Notes: a model not told the origin generated them from the letters alone. A DNA stretch of 62,896 bases, filler included, from Octopus bimaculoides (GCF_001194135.2; 10 parts of 8 records of this genome joined end to end with filler, not necessarily neighbours in it); one strand, 5' to 3'. Numbered from the whole stretch's first letter, positions 12,762 to 26,022 are shown. Program-made: numbers and translations.

Positions 12762-13329
12762 AGTAACGTATTTTTCTGCAATATATGGATAATTTATCCT
12801 GATCACACTATTTATAGCATTATCACGCGTTTGAGAAATAAATTTATTTCTGTATCTTATATATACATATAGAGGTGGAAATAGAACAGAAGCAAGTCTA
12901 TGATTTTATTCAACATATTCTCCCATCAGATTCACAAGCTTATTGAGGTCTACTGTCAAACGTCAGTCAATATTTTCAAAAAGCATTGTTGTTAGTTCTA
13001 CACGCGGTAAATGTTGTCGCTGGAATACTGCACGTCGCGGAGCGCTAACTGACAATGGGTCTGCTCTGCAATATACAGGACGAAATAGAACTGATGTCAC
13101 TGTAGCTGAATTACTCACGTGACCTGAACTGACAAATAAAGACTTAAGCATCCTCACCTAGAAACTATTTAAAAAAGTTTTTTAACATTCTCGCCACTGA
13201 CATTTTGTATGTGACGAAGAGGACATCTTCAGAGCCCATGCGACTATAAATAATGTAGATCTGGCACACATACATATAGATGTTAGATTTGTAATGCATT
13301 TGACTAAATGGTTTTACTTTTTCTTGTTT

Positions 13330-13595
13330 ATCAAAGGTAGGTAAAAGCAATTTGTTTCCTCCTGTCCAAAATTTAAAAAACTCTTCTCCATTGCTTCTAG
13401 AATATTACTTACTATATATGATGTGTAATTTGAATTTAGTGAACGTCTTGCTATATACTGTCTCTGGTAAACTCTTCGTTTCTTTTAAATTTTCTGACTA
13501 TCGATTCGTTTATTTTATATTGTTTTGCAGTTTTTTTTAAACATAATTTTCTTTTGTAATGAAATTGATTTTCTTGTCCGTTTTTGGCTTGACAT
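13330..13595 (-). mobile_element. pogo/Tigger transposase N-terminal (CENP-B-type HTH) relic
   Basis: Frameshifted translation MSSQKRTRKSISLQKK...KQYKINESIVRKFKRNEE...NILEAMEKSFL resembles the Tigger KRKxISLxxK...YxINESTVRxIKKNEE...MEKxL pattern. Confidence 0.55.
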
Positions 13596-15194
13596 TTCCA
13601 ACTCTCATTTAATCTCAAAAATATTTAGGAAAATCTAAGACACAAGTTTAACTTGAATGCTAGTTTCAGTGTAGCCTAAATCATTACTGCAGATAGAATG
13701 AATGAAAATGAAAGAAAAATCGGAAAAGAAACATTGAGATGGTACTTCTAGATGATTGCCGTTATCACGTTGTTGAGGCCGATGGCTTTCTATATAGGGT
13801 TGTGTCATTCATTTCAAATTTCTTTATTTCGCCTTCTTCTAACATGGGAACCCATATTACTCTGAAGACTTAAGTTTGTTTCAAGCATTTCATGACAACC
13901 TTTGCACAAGATCATTGTTTGCCTTTTTTTTTTATTACATCAAGGTTAGCTAGCTTTCTCTTCCTCACATTTTGTCTTCAGTTCTCTTCGTTTTCTTGTC
14001 TCGCTCAAAGAGTTCGTAGTGAAGAGGATAAGGATTTCTCCTTTGCTTTCTATCCTCCGCGATAGTCTAGAAATTCTCTGCTTGGCTGCTACAGAATATC
14101 AAGTTCAACTTGAGGCAGTCTCTGAGCGACAGCTGTATCCATCAGACTGACGTTTACTTGGAGCCAGTTCACAATAAAACATGACCTTCGGTAGTTTCTG
14201 AATGTTCATCAGTTGACCATGTCTAAATTAACGTAACTGATGCCTCACTTTCACTATTAATTCGATGATTTTCAGTTCGATTACTTCGAGCACATAGATT
14301 TTGTCTAAGTTAATAAGAAATGAGTGAAGTTTTGTTTGATGGAACTGTTCAAGCTTTTCGATGCGATGTCCATGAAGAATAGACCATACCTTCCACGCAC
14401 AAGTAAGTTTGATGTTACTTACCCCTTGCTACATGGACAGCTTGGTGGTTGTTTTAAGTTGAGGGATCTTGAAAACTTTTTAATACAAACCATATACTGC
14501 AGTTAGAGTTGCACTAATCCTCTTCTTGATCTAATTGCCGATGGTCGCATTTGAAAATAGTATGGAACCAAATTATGGAAAGAAAAGAAATGTTTTATCA
14601 GGTTTTTGCTAATAAATAATCATTTCTATGGTGTATCTAAATGAAATAAGACAAAATCAGGGAAAAACATATGTGCTAAAGTGAAGATTCATAAACTTAG
14701 AATTGTATAAAGCCAAGGAATAACTGCCTTGGTATGTACATGTGTGCATCTAAGAACACACACACACGCACGCACGCACGCACGCACGCGCAAGTACATT
14801 TAGTAAATGTTTATGGCAACACCAGTTCTGGGTAATTTAACAAATATTTTTTGTAATTGATGCATTGAGCGCATAAATTGTCGTTCCGTTCCAGAGGGGG
14901 ACACCGATATTTCATATATTCATTGCGATTGATTCAATGATCTCACAAAACAAGATTAACAATTCCTTTTATAAAAAAAATAACTTTCTTTTTTTCTAAA
15001 ACAATAATTTCGGGCAAGGTTCTCGGAATGTAAGGCATATTGTTCTATATTACAAATGTACATAGATGCATGTATATATATATATATATATATGTGCGTG
15101 TTTGTTTGTGTGTGAATCAATGTGTGTGTGTGTTTGTGTATAATAATTTTAAATCTAAAAAAAAAAAAAACAGTTAAATTTACCTTCTACGGTC

Positions 15195-15416
15195 ATACTG
15201 ACTCATAAGGGCCGTTATCTGGTTTCATGATGTATATATATTCCCCGTGAACGGGAAGCTGGTCCGTTGCAGAATTACTCATTTTACCAGCTGAGTGGAA
15301 AACATGAAATGAAGTGCTTGGCTGAAGAACACAGTACATCGCCCGGTCCAGAAATGGAAAGTATAATCTTCTGATCATGAGTCCAATATTGTAACCACGA
15401 AGCCACGCACCTCCAC
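15195..15416 (-). mobile_element. tRNA-derived SINE (family C)
   Basis: On -: 'ggaggtgcgtggcttcgtggttacaatattggactcatgatc...ccactcagctggtaaaatgagta...'. Confidence 0.75.
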
Positions 15417-15634
15417 AATTGCATATGCATGTGTGTGCGTGTTCGTGTGCGCGAGTGTGTGTGTGTATAAAAGTAATGTTTGTCACTACATGAACCTGGC
15501 TGTATCGTAAGAACGGTCGTTAACGCAACTTTTAACCCCAAGAAGAATCCCCTCAAGCTGGTTAACGATACAACCTGCAGCCGATATATTGCAAACAGGA
15601 GAGCGAAGCCCTATCACCCTCTAGCGATAGGGCT

Positions 15635-15680
15635 AGCAGACCAGCCTGGCTTCGTGCTATTTCTGCCCTTCCTCAATGCT
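15635..15680 (-). ncRNA. Type I hammerhead ribozyme, unit 1
   Basis: agca-UUGAGGA-A-GGGC(agaaaua)GCAC-GAA-GCCAG(g)CUGGU-C-ugcu; GUC site; C3U and A15.1G variants, one stem II mismatch. Confidence 0.7.
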
Positions 15681-15989
15681 TGACACCTTATCTGCTAGAG
15701 ATGTCAGTAGTTCGCTCGTTTGCAATGTATACAAATTTAAGTCACATTCAGTTGCTTATCTTGCAACAAGCACAGTAACTGCTTATAAAATCTCTGTAAG
15801 GGATAAAAGCAGTAACTGTAGTTGCAAGTAATATTTGTTGCCACATCAATGTGGTCGTTCCGTAAGAAAGGACGTTACTGCGAATTTTTCAGCCCTAGAA
15901 GACATCTCTTCCAGCTGGTTAACGATGCATCCTACAGCCGATATATTGCAAGCAGCGGAGCGAATTCCTTCCCGCCTCTGGCGACAGGA

Positions 15990-16039
15990 CCAGCAAACCA
16001 GTCCAGTTTCAGGCTATTTCTGCTCTTCCTCAGTGCTGG
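15990..16039 (-). ncRNA. Type I hammerhead ribozyme, unit 2
   Basis: ccagca-CUGAGGA-AG(a)GC(agaaaua)GCCU-GAA-ACUG(gac)UGGU-U-ugcugg; perfect 6-bp stem I, canonical core, GUU site. Confidence 0.8.
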
Positions 16040-16119
16040 ACACCTTATCTGCTAGAGATGGCAGTAGTTCGCTTAGGTTTCCAATATATAAAAATTCAAG
16101 CCACACATCTGTGCGCGTG

Positions 16120-19100
16120 TGTTGCGTCTCGTCGACACTGCTATGTCCTTCTTTGAACTCATTGTATATGCCACTTTATGACTTGGACTTATAACAAGGT
16201 TATAGCAATACAACTATATTCAACGGTCCAGCGAAGTCTATGTGTAATCTTGACCAAGATACGTTCGTGTTGAGTGAAAGTTGAATTTTTAAAGGTGGTA
16301 CCGTTGTTGCCAGGGCACAACTCCTGCAAGCTTTCACCAGTTTTTCAGTATCTTGATCCATATCCAGCCAGTAAACATAGCTTCTCATCAATGTTTTTAT
16401 TCTCACGATTCCTGAGTGTCCCATGCGGAATTCTTTTAACATACGGTTTTGCAAAGAAACAGGTATTACAACCCACTGAGCGTTCATGAGTACGTCGTTA
16501 CATATCGAACACCGTTTCGAAACTGTTACATGACTTTTTGCATTTGTTTAAAACTTCACTATTTTTAAGCATTTTTAATATGAACGCATCCTTCTCTGTT
16601 TTAGTTTTTATTTCTTCTAAAGTGACAGGTATTTCGCGTACTACGTTGCAGACTATATTTTTTATTTCGATTTCGGCTTTTAATGCCGCTATTACAGTGT
16701 CCTCTAACGGTTCATTGTATTTAGGAATTAATCTTGACAGCCCATCCGCGTGTCCTAATTTTTTTGATAGTAGAAATTCCATCTTAAAATCATAAATTAG
16801 CAGTATCATTCCCCAGCGCTGCAATCGGTTGGCTGTATGTGTGCGGATACCCTTTTTCGATTCGTAAATTGATAACAATGAGCGTTGATATGTTTGCAGA
16901 ACGATGGTGATCTGTTTGCATGAGCGATCGATTTTACGCGACCATTTTCATACTTGTGTAAAATGACCTCCACTCATATCACATTTACTAGCATCTGATG
17001 CTACTATTAGTTTAAAATTTGGATGAAAGTGCGATGATGACAGTTCTGATGTTAAAACTTTTTTTAAATAAATTCGAACGCTTTTTGAAAACTGACTATT
17101 AGTCAGACGGTTTTACGCCTTTTTTTCAATATGTTGTTTAGAGGTGTTCTTAGCTCCTGCATGTTTGGTAATAGTACGCAAACCCTAAGAACGCTTGTAA
17201 TGTTGTAATATTTTTCGGAGTAGGCATATTTTTCATTAATGTCGATCTTCAAGGATCTGGCCTGCGACCATTTTTCTCGATAACTTGCCCAAGATACTTT
17301 ATTTCTGGCAAGAAACATTCGCATCTTTCCTCGTTAAATTTGAATCCGTACTTCTTTATCTTCTCAAAATCCATTTTAACATTTCCTCATATTGGCGTCT
17401 AAACTTACTTTTTATGAGAATGTCCTCCAAATATGCTATAGCGAAATGAGTATTTGCAAACATCGTGACCATCAGCTGTTTTAAAATGTTAGGTGCCACT
17501 TTTATCCCCAAAAGAAGTCGAGTGAATTTATATAAACCTTCATGAATGTTTATCGTTAATAATGTCGAGCACTTTTCCTCGACTTGTAGCTGTAAATACG
17601 CCTTCGACAAGTCCAAGTTTGAGAAAAAATCTCCTCCATTAAGTTTCGGAAAAATTTCTTCAGAGCTTGATAGTGGATAATTGTATATCCTTAAACATTC
17701 GTTCAAACCTGTTGAAAAGTCCGTGCATACTCATATTTTGTTATTGCTTTTCTTTACGTAAACAGTTGGTGCTACACTTTTTGAATAATCAACTTTTCCT
17801 ATAACTCCCAGATTTTCTAGCCTATCTAATTCCTCGTGGATTTGATTCAATGCCTCGAAAGGTACACCTCACTTCAGTTTTGACACCGGTACGGCGTTTT
17901 TTACTCGAAATTTTACTTTTCTCTTGGTGCATCCATCTAATTCTTCCGAAAAAACATCAGAAAATATCTTTTTCAATTTCTTTTTTTAACTCTTCCGATG
18001 CTTTATTTGAACAGGCGTTGTAACCGTTTACATTATTGCAAAATATATTTATGGGAGGTTCCATAAATTAAACAATTCTGTTCAGTCTGTGCCACAAAGG
18101 TTCGTCGTATGTTTTTATACAAAAACTTTAGCCTTCAAAGTTTTCCCACGAAATATAATCTCACCAATCATTTCGCTCAAAAATCGTAATTGTCTTCCTG
18201 AGATTCCTCTCGACATTTTTGCAGATTTTTTTCAATGTAAGCCTTCCTATTTTTTCCATGTATCCTCGTTAATTATTGCGATGTCACTACTTGTGTCCAA
18301 CTGTCGTCTCGTATTCACATTATTTATTTTTATAGAGACAAATTTTATTGTGCCCCGCTTTGCATTTTTGTTGACATTATATTTTCTCTCGAATTCTTTT
18401 CGCTCGACCTTTTTTATTTCACCCAACAATGTGAATTCTTGTGTCAAATTTTTCCACATACAAAATATTTTATATTCTTAAAGGACAGTTGTTTTTGAAA
18501 TGCATTTCTCCATATCCATAACATGGTTTGGGTCTTAACTGTTTGTTTTCTTGCATCGTATCTGTTACCGGTCAACACGTATGTATATTTGAATAACCAT
18601 TTTCAATTTTTTCTGCGTTCTGTCGTAGATTTATAATTATTAGGCATTCTCCAGCCATTATTTGTATGGTTAGTTTTGCATCTTGTTCATGCTTTGTCAA
18701 TATTCGAGCTGTTATTTCTTCATCTTTATTTGCTGTTAATCTTTGTACGAAGCTTAAACATTTAAACATGCTCGACCTTAATTCGTCGAGTTTAAATTTT
18801 TCACATTCTCTATTTACGATTCCGGCATACGTAACGACATTTTTTTTTTTTGTTTTTCAAATCCAAACACTCTCAGCTAATATTAAATAGTGAACTTCTT
18901 TCACTGAATATTTTAGATAATAGCTTAATTGTTTCCTCGAAACAAATTTCGGATGGTTTTCTCGGCAAGTGGTAATTAGAAAATTTTTCATGTTCTGCTG
19001 GTGATAATTTCCATAAAAGACGTACCTTCTTTTCGTCCGTCCAGCTTTTACACTCTTCCGTGAATATTTCTTCATACCTGCTGAAGTATGCAGAAAAAGT

Positions 19101-19661
19101 AATCCCTTCTGCTGGATTTTACGTTAATTTTTCAATTGAATTAGCAATCGCATCTACCGAAAACGAAACTGAAGTGTTTTCAGACTGCAACGATATTTCC
19201 AACAGCTGTTGATTTTGTTGTAGTTGCTGTTTTACCTGTTCTTCTTGCTGCTGCTGTGGTTGCCGTTGCAACTGTTGCTGCTACTTCTCTAATTATTGTT
19301 GTAGTTGCTGTTGCAACTGAACCACGAAAGTTAATAGATCTTCCATGCTAAGAACGTCCACTGTGAGCTTCGAATGTCCTGTCGCCACTGTTGTGTCTCG
19401 TGGACACTGTTATGTCCTTCTTTGAACTCACTGTATATGCCACTTTATAACGTGGACTCATAACAAAGTTATAACAATACAAATATAAACTAGAAACGAC
19501 ACGTAACAAACAATACCTCTTGTCAACGACTTCTGCAAATTTCTTCACAAAGTGCCTGCACATACTACTTTGTTTCTTTACTGTTAGTGTGCATGCGCTT
19601 TTATACGGTTTAGGACAGTTGACACGCTATCCCACAGGGGTGTCAGGATTTCACCACAACA
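16120..19661 (-). mobile_element. Ty3/Gypsy LTR retrotransposon (gag-PR-RT-RH-IN), decayed, with 3' internal deletion
   Basis: 5' LTR 19389-19661 (TGTTG...CAACA); PBS-like 'gtggcgacagga' 19377-19388; gag from about 19346; PR 18247-18459 (LDTSSDIAII); RT about 17350-17900 (LDLSKAYLQL, AYLEDIL); RH 16500-17100 (HADGLSRL); IN 16215-16490 (H-x4-H...CRSC, RLHIDFAGP). 3' LTR remnant 16120-16212; flanks gcgtg/gtgtg. Confidence 0.95.
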
Positions 19662-20580
19662 GTGTGTGTGTATGTCTGTGTGTTCGCGCGTGCGAGTGTG
19701 AAGGTTTTTGTTTTCATTGTAAAAACATAGTACTATTTTCTGCAGTGAACATTTGTCAACAGGTTGGTTACACAAACCATGTGTAGCATAATGAAGTAAT
19801 GCTCCTATTTCGAAGATAGTTATTGCAAATGTTTTTGTTTACATCCAAGAAAGACCGCGAGTAAGTCCTAACTTAATTTACGCGATGAAATCTTTTACAC
19901 ACAATCTTCCAGCTGCCTCTTCTCCACTTATCACAACACTTCCTGTTTTTCTGAAATAAGAAGTTGTATATCATCCCCTCACAGGCTCACCTAGATCATT
20001 TTCTTATTTTTTCCCAACAAACCTACGGTGTTTTATGTACAAAACACCGCTCCAAATATTTCGCATAAACATTTCCCGTTTGTTTCAATGCATAAACACT
20101 GGAACTCTATTGCTAGACATGCTTTTTATTCCTACAACTTGAACGGTAAACTTCAAACTGAAAGAGAACGTCAGCCACCTCAACAGTTTGTAAGAAAGAG
20201 TTGCAACGTGATACAAGGCATATTTTACTAATTTAAATGATCATATCAAAATGTATCCTTCTCCTTTACGTTGCTTTCACTACATTTCTTTCTCTGTGTT
20301 TCTGCATCTATTCATATAACACACACACACACACACACACACANNNNNNNNNNNNNNNNNNNNNNNNNNNNNNNNNNNNNNNNNNNNNNNNNNNNNNNNN
20401 NNNNNNNNNNNNNNNNNNNNNNNNNNNNNNNNNNNNNNNNNNNNNTATATATATATATATATATATGGGTACGAGAATGGCCCCCTTCCTTTGCTAACTT
20501 AGTCATGGGGTACCTAGAAATCGCTCTTTATTGTAAGTTACTAGAAAAATACACACTCATTCTCTCTTTACATAGAAAAT

Positions 20581-21430
20581 AACTGTAAGAGATATCTAGA
20601 TGATTGCCTCATTCTTTGGCATGAGAGTATAGAGTGACTTAAAGAATTTCAAGCACTTCTAAATGAACTTGACATAAACATTCAAATTACGATGGAATAT
20701 AGCCATCAACAACTTCCATTCCTTGCATCTTCATTTAAAAATCCAACAGCAAAATAGAAACAGACATATGCTATAAGTCCGCGGACTCCAAGTAATATCT
20801 ACTGTTCAACTCATGCCACTCCAGACACACTAGAATGAATATCCCTTTCAACCTGACCAAAAGGGTTTGTATTATAGTATCTGATACAAGCGCCAGGGAC
20901 ACACTGCTACATGAGCCAAAGAATACACTCATCAGCAGGAATTACCCACAATTACTAATTGCTCTAGGTTTTCAACGTGACCTACAACTCAACATCCACA
21001 AACTCAGACATCTCAAGCTAAAGAATGTATTACAACCAAGAGCCCTACCATACATATCCTCACACAACCCCTAAATAATGGGGCCTTCGACACCATCTTC
21101 CAGAACATTCCTTCACTAAAAAGGGACCATGGAATGAATCAAATCTGCACACCATCATAAGGAGCAAAAGACAACCCACGTCAATCAAAGGTATTCTAAC
21201 ACAAGCCCAACTTCATTCGTCAACAACATCGACACCAACAATAAAAAAAAATGCGGAAGACCTAAGTGTGGAATATGCGTCAACCTAATTGAGGGATCGG
21301 AATTCTCCTTCAAACAGGGTCAACTTTTTACAGTGGAAAACAACTTCTCATGTGCTTCGGAAAACTTGATATATATGTTTACTTGCTCAGAGTGTCTACG
21401 CCAGAGGATGACTGTACATAGATCCCAGAT
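20581..21430 (+). mobile_element. Penelope-like element fragment: RT C-terminus plus Cys-rich linker and start of GIY-YIG endonuclease
   Basis: RYLDDCLILW...LPFL...ICYKSADSK; then KCGRPKCGIC...FSCASENLIYMFTCSEC; stops and frameshifts. Confidence 0.85.
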
Positions 21431-21482
21431 TTGAGTAGTGTGTTTGTGTGATTGTGTGAATGCGAGCGTATTGTTTTATGTA

Positions 21483-22144
21483 TGTGGAATGTAGATAACA
21501 AAAACAATGTCGCATTTTAAACTTGAGAAAAATGCCTTGCATATTTGTTCTTACCTGCTTCATTTGTATATGTAAAATCCCTAAATTTCTAGGAAGAATA
21601 CGAGACCAACGTCGAAAAAGCCACATTACTTATAATAGTCCATGTGGGGTTTTTGTTTTAACCACCAAAGAGCTGAAATATTGCAACATGAATGGAGAAT
21701 AGGAAGAAATATAAATTAATACTTACTGTTGATTAAAGAAAATGCGAAAGAAAGAAATATAACATGGATTTCTATTAATTTCAAGTTAAATTAAACAAGA
21801 TCTGTTGAAATATATAACGTATCATATGAAAGTCAGAAAAAAAAACATGTTTGAAATGGTAAATTAAACAGTATAAATCTGTCTAACGCATTTTATGAAA
21901 TTCATAAAAGTATAATTTGTATTGTATTGTCACCAACAAAATTCTAGTAAGTAGAAAATAGAGCATCTGAGGTGCCATGCATGTTTCTATATTTCCTCCT
22001 AACAGTTTTTTCAACGTTAGTTTCCTTTTCTTCCTGGAAATTTACGGATGTTACATACACAAATGAAGCAGGTAAGAACAAATATACAAGGCTTTTTTCT
22101 CAAGTCTAAAATGCGACATTGTTTTTTGTTACCTGCATTCCACA
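21483..22144. mobile_element. MITE-like/foldback element with about 136-bp terminal inverted repeats
   Basis: 21483-21618 is the reverse complement of 22007-22144 (roughly 85-90% identical by eye); about 390-bp AT-rich non-coding spacer. Confidence 0.75.
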
Positions 22145-24427
22145 CGTACACACCCGCCTGCCGCTCCACTTCGACAGGAGTGTTTACAATTGACAAGACA
22201 ACACGTGCTCACGGAAAATGACGAAGGTAATGGCAGTTCTGTGACAACTCTGAGACTGAATACAAGTGAATGCCATTGTTTTTTTTCTCTTAATTAATAT
22301 CCACCTTTGTTTCACTTTTAGTTGAAAAAGTCGAAATGATTGAAACTAATACTAACCGTTACAAAACGTATTTCATGATAAAATTATTTTACCATTTTCT
22401 ACCTTGTCTTATTTTCCTTATAGATATCAACTAAAACCGGTACAAACCGTTATATATACATTAATATGCTTATTAATTAGGCATGTAGCAGTTACTAAGA
22501 GAAACAATTATTAAAGGCTTGACAGTCTGGAATTTTTTTTATAGAATCATGTTCCAAGAAATTTCCTATAATTTCGACTTCTGACGCTTATTGAATTTTT
22601 GAACTCGAACTTTTCACAAATTTAAATATACGTTGCATTCACTGCCGAGTATTCCGTTGCAATTTGCAAAGTCTGTCACTTTCTATTTCAATGTTTTTAT
22701 TTCAAGTTTTAATTTGCTATTTGCAAAACACGCAGTTCATTTTATATACGTAATGTAAAAATATTATCTATCGAATGAAAACTTAATATACCGGTATTAT
22801 TTAAAAAAAAAAAAAAAAGAAGTTATTTTGTTGTTGTGGCTGTTTGGTACACCATAAGCCTTACAATAGTAACTATCCGGACCGATTTTGGTTACTTTTT
22901 TGAATGTAAAAACCATGGGAAGAACCTTTTCGCTAAAAAAAAAAAATTGTAAATATTTTCAGAGGAAAAGGTGAACAATCCAAGAATGGTTTCGCTGTTG
23001 TTTCTAGCACATCCCAAAACACCTTCCGTTTTCACTCTCACGTGTGTTGATGTTTTTCCAATATTTTCCACCCATTAAACACATTTTATGGAATAATGAT
23101 GCCGAAGTAACGNNNNNNNNNNNNNNNNNNNNNNNNNNNNNNNNNNNNNNNNNNNNNNNNNNNNNNNNNNNNNNNNNNNNNNNNNNNNNNNNNNNNNNNN
23201 NNNNNNNNNNNNNNNNNNNNNNNNNNNNNNNNNNNNNNNNNNNNNNNNNNNNNNNNNNNNNNNNNNNNNNNNNNNNNNNNNNNNNNNNNNNNNNNNNNNN
23301 NNNNNNNNNNNNNNNNNNNNNNNNNNNNNNNNNNNNNNNNNNNNNNNNNNNNNNNNNNNNNNNNNNNNNNNNNNNNNNNNNNNNNNNNNNNNNNNNNNNN
23401 NNNNNNNNNNNNNNNNNNNNNNNNNNNNNNNNNNNNNNNNNNNNNNNNNNNNNNNNNNNNNNNNNNNNNNNNNNNNNNNNNNNNNNNNNNNNNNNNNNNN
23501 NNNNNNNNNNNNNNNNNNNNNNNNNNNNNNNNNNNNNNNNNNNNNNNNNNNNNNNNNNNNNNNNNNNNNNNNNNNNNNNNNNNNNNNNNNNNNNNNNNNN
23601 NNNNNNNNNNNNNNNNNNNNNNNNNNNNNNNNNNNNNNNNNNNNNNNNNNNNNNNNNNNNNNNNNNNNNNNNNNNNNNNNNNNNNNNNNNNNNNNNNNNN
23701 NNNNNNNNNNNNNNNNNNNNNNNNNNNNNNNNNNNNNNNNNNNNNNNNNNNNNNNNNNNNNNNNNNNNNNNNNNNNNNNNNNNNNNNNNNNNNNNNNNNN
23801 NNNNNNNNNNNNNNNNNNNNNNNNNNNNNNNNNNNNNNNNNNNNNNNNNNNNNNNNNNNNNNNNNNNNNNNNNNNNNNNNNNNNNNNNNNNNNNNNNNNN
23901 NNNNNNNNNNNNNNNNNNNNNNNNNNNNNNNNNNNNNNNNNNNNNNNNNNNNNNNNNNNNNNNNNNNNNNNNNNNNNNNNNNNNNNNNNNNNNNNNNNNN
24001 NNNNNNNNNNNNNNNNNNNNNNNNNNNNNNNNNNNNNNNGGATGTTATGAGGCAACAAATTCAGGGGCGTATATATCTGAAGTTATGTCCTTTTATTTAT
24101 ACGATTTCTTCATTTCCTGTTTATTTTATTCATTCTTTGCTATGCTTTCTCTCCCCGCTCTCTCTCTCTTTCACGCACGCACACACACACACACACACAC
24201 ACAGCAAAGCTTACAGATGGACTGCCGAATTGAAATATTTATGTTGCTTTGAGTGGAAGGTAAAACTTGACAAACTCCCCCCCCCCTCCTGAGTTGGACT
24301 ACCTTCATGTTTGTTCAAAAAAGAGAGAATTGACTGTAATAAAATAATGAAGCAATATACTGAGTACTATTATACAAAAATAATTAGATGTAAAATATCA
24401 TAAAAATTATTAGAATTGGGAATCAGC

Positions 24428-24802
24428 AGTGGCTGTGTGGTAAGTAGCTTGCTTACCAGCCACATGGTTCATTCCCACTGCGTGGTACCTTGGGCAAGTA
24501 TCTTCTTCTACAGCCTCGGGCCGACCAAAGCCTTGTGAGTGGATTTGGTAGACGGAAACTGAAAGAAGCCTGTCATATATGTATGTGTGTGTATATGCTT
24601 GTGTGCCTGTGTTTGTCCCCCAACATTGCTTGACAATCGATGGTGGTGTGTTTACGTCCCCGTAACTTAGTGGTTCGACAAAATATACTGATAGAATAAG
24701 TACTAGGCTTCCAAAGAATAAGTCCTGGGGTCGATTTTCTCGACTAAAGGCGGTGCTCCAGCATGGCCGCAGTCAAATGACTATAACAAGTAAAAGAGTA
24801 TA
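24428..24802 (+). mobile_element. tRNA-derived SINE family A, full length
   Basis: Head 'gtggctgtgtggtaagtagcttgc', central 'ccttgggcaag...tcttct', (TG)n linker, tail 'ggggtcgat...gactaaaggcggtgctccagcatggccgcagtc...aagtaaaagag'. Confidence 0.9.
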
Positions 24803-25074
24803 TTATCAAGCGGCCAGCAGAAAACTGCCCGGAGGGCGGTCTTTCGGCTAATATATATAATGGCGACATCAACATTAGAAGTGTTGGCGTAGAGAACCGT
24901 TTAAATTTTTTTTAACCTTTTCTTCTACATTTTTACTGATTCTTCTAGTCTAAATCAACAACTGGACTATTTCTCCAATTATAAATAAGTGAAACAACTT
25001 TTACTTACAGACGTAGTGTTATTCAGATTGGATTTTAAAAATATATCTTATACCACGTAGAATTTTGCTAACAC

Positions 25075-26022
25075 AATGACGACCGAAATTAAAAACATCA
25101 CCGACATACATACAAGAGCTGTTCGGGCTAAATTTGACGATTATTTATGTCCTCTTTTATCAAGAACAGCTTGATGTATTAGTGAACAGTGAACGGCGTT
25201 GGAGAGCATAAAGACTACGGATCTAATTGAGAAAACAAACGTTCGCTGTTGTCATGGAGGACTGGGAGCCATCTGAATATTGGAAAAGAGTTACTTTCAT
25301 TATGATGATTCGCGCCGAGTATGAAAGTTCCGACAACATGACTGCTGTTTAATGCACTGTGCAACATGTGACATAAATATCACGTAAACAAAGTTCCCTT
25401 AAACTGTAATGGTCTTTCAGTGTATTTCTGGTCAGGGCAATGTCATGCTGCCGCACACATTTGAACAGGTCCTTAGGCTCTATTCAGACAGCTATATGAA
25501 ACCGCTAGAGGTTGTGGTCAACCCCTGACTGGACAGAGTTGCTGTTGGACGGCTGTCTATGTGGCTGCAGAATTCAGAAAGATTAGAAGTGGTTGTCGGA
25601 GAATCTCTACAATTTCACCAGCCTCAATTTCCTGCCTCCATTTACCCTCGATTGCAATCCTATGCATTACTATGTGTGAGGCGCAGTTGAGAAAGAAGCC
25701 AACAGCTCTTCCTGGAACACCAGGGCTGAGCTGGTGCCGAAGATTAAGTTGTTCGAAGATTTTCGAGAGACACAATGAGAAACGGATGCACGAGACTGCG
25801 GAGCTGTCCTTAGGGCCGTGGTGGAAGATGAGGGTGCTTCTTTGAATAGACTGTTATCTCCTAGCCATAATCTAGCAGATATTTTTTTCATTTTTAAAAT
25901 ACTTTTACTTTTGGATGTCATATTGCGTTTCCTTTTCTTTATCTAAACTTGCGCGCGCATGTTACACATTTAATGTTAGTTTAGTTATTTTTTACTCGTA
26001 AGCTATCATTCAGATACCCTCT
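25075..26022 (+). mobile_element. ITm-superfamily transposase pseudogene (maT/DD37D-like)
   Basis: Frameshifted TKFPxTVMVFQCISGQGNVMLPHTFEQ...KWLSENLYNFTSLNFLPPFTLDCNPMHYYV*GAVEKEAN...RAVVEDEG; subfamily assignment by motif resemblance only. Confidence 0.75.

Larger units (their letters stand above)
15469..16105 (-). repeat. Tandem 357-bp repeat (about 1.8 copies), each unit carrying a type I hammerhead ribozyme; retrozyme-like
   Basis: 15469-15748 aligns to 15826-16105 with many substitutions; homologous cleavage positions 15639 and 15996 are 357 nt apart; no recognisable protein. Confidence 0.85.

Noticed and set aside
13930-14540. Protein-looking minus-strand translation upstream of the Tigger relic
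   Set aside because: Stop-codon density is about that of random sequence and no family motif was recognised.
20025-20050. 9-bp hairpin cggtgtttt/aaaacaccg as a Helitron 3' end
   Set aside because: No downstream CTRR terminus at the expected distance.
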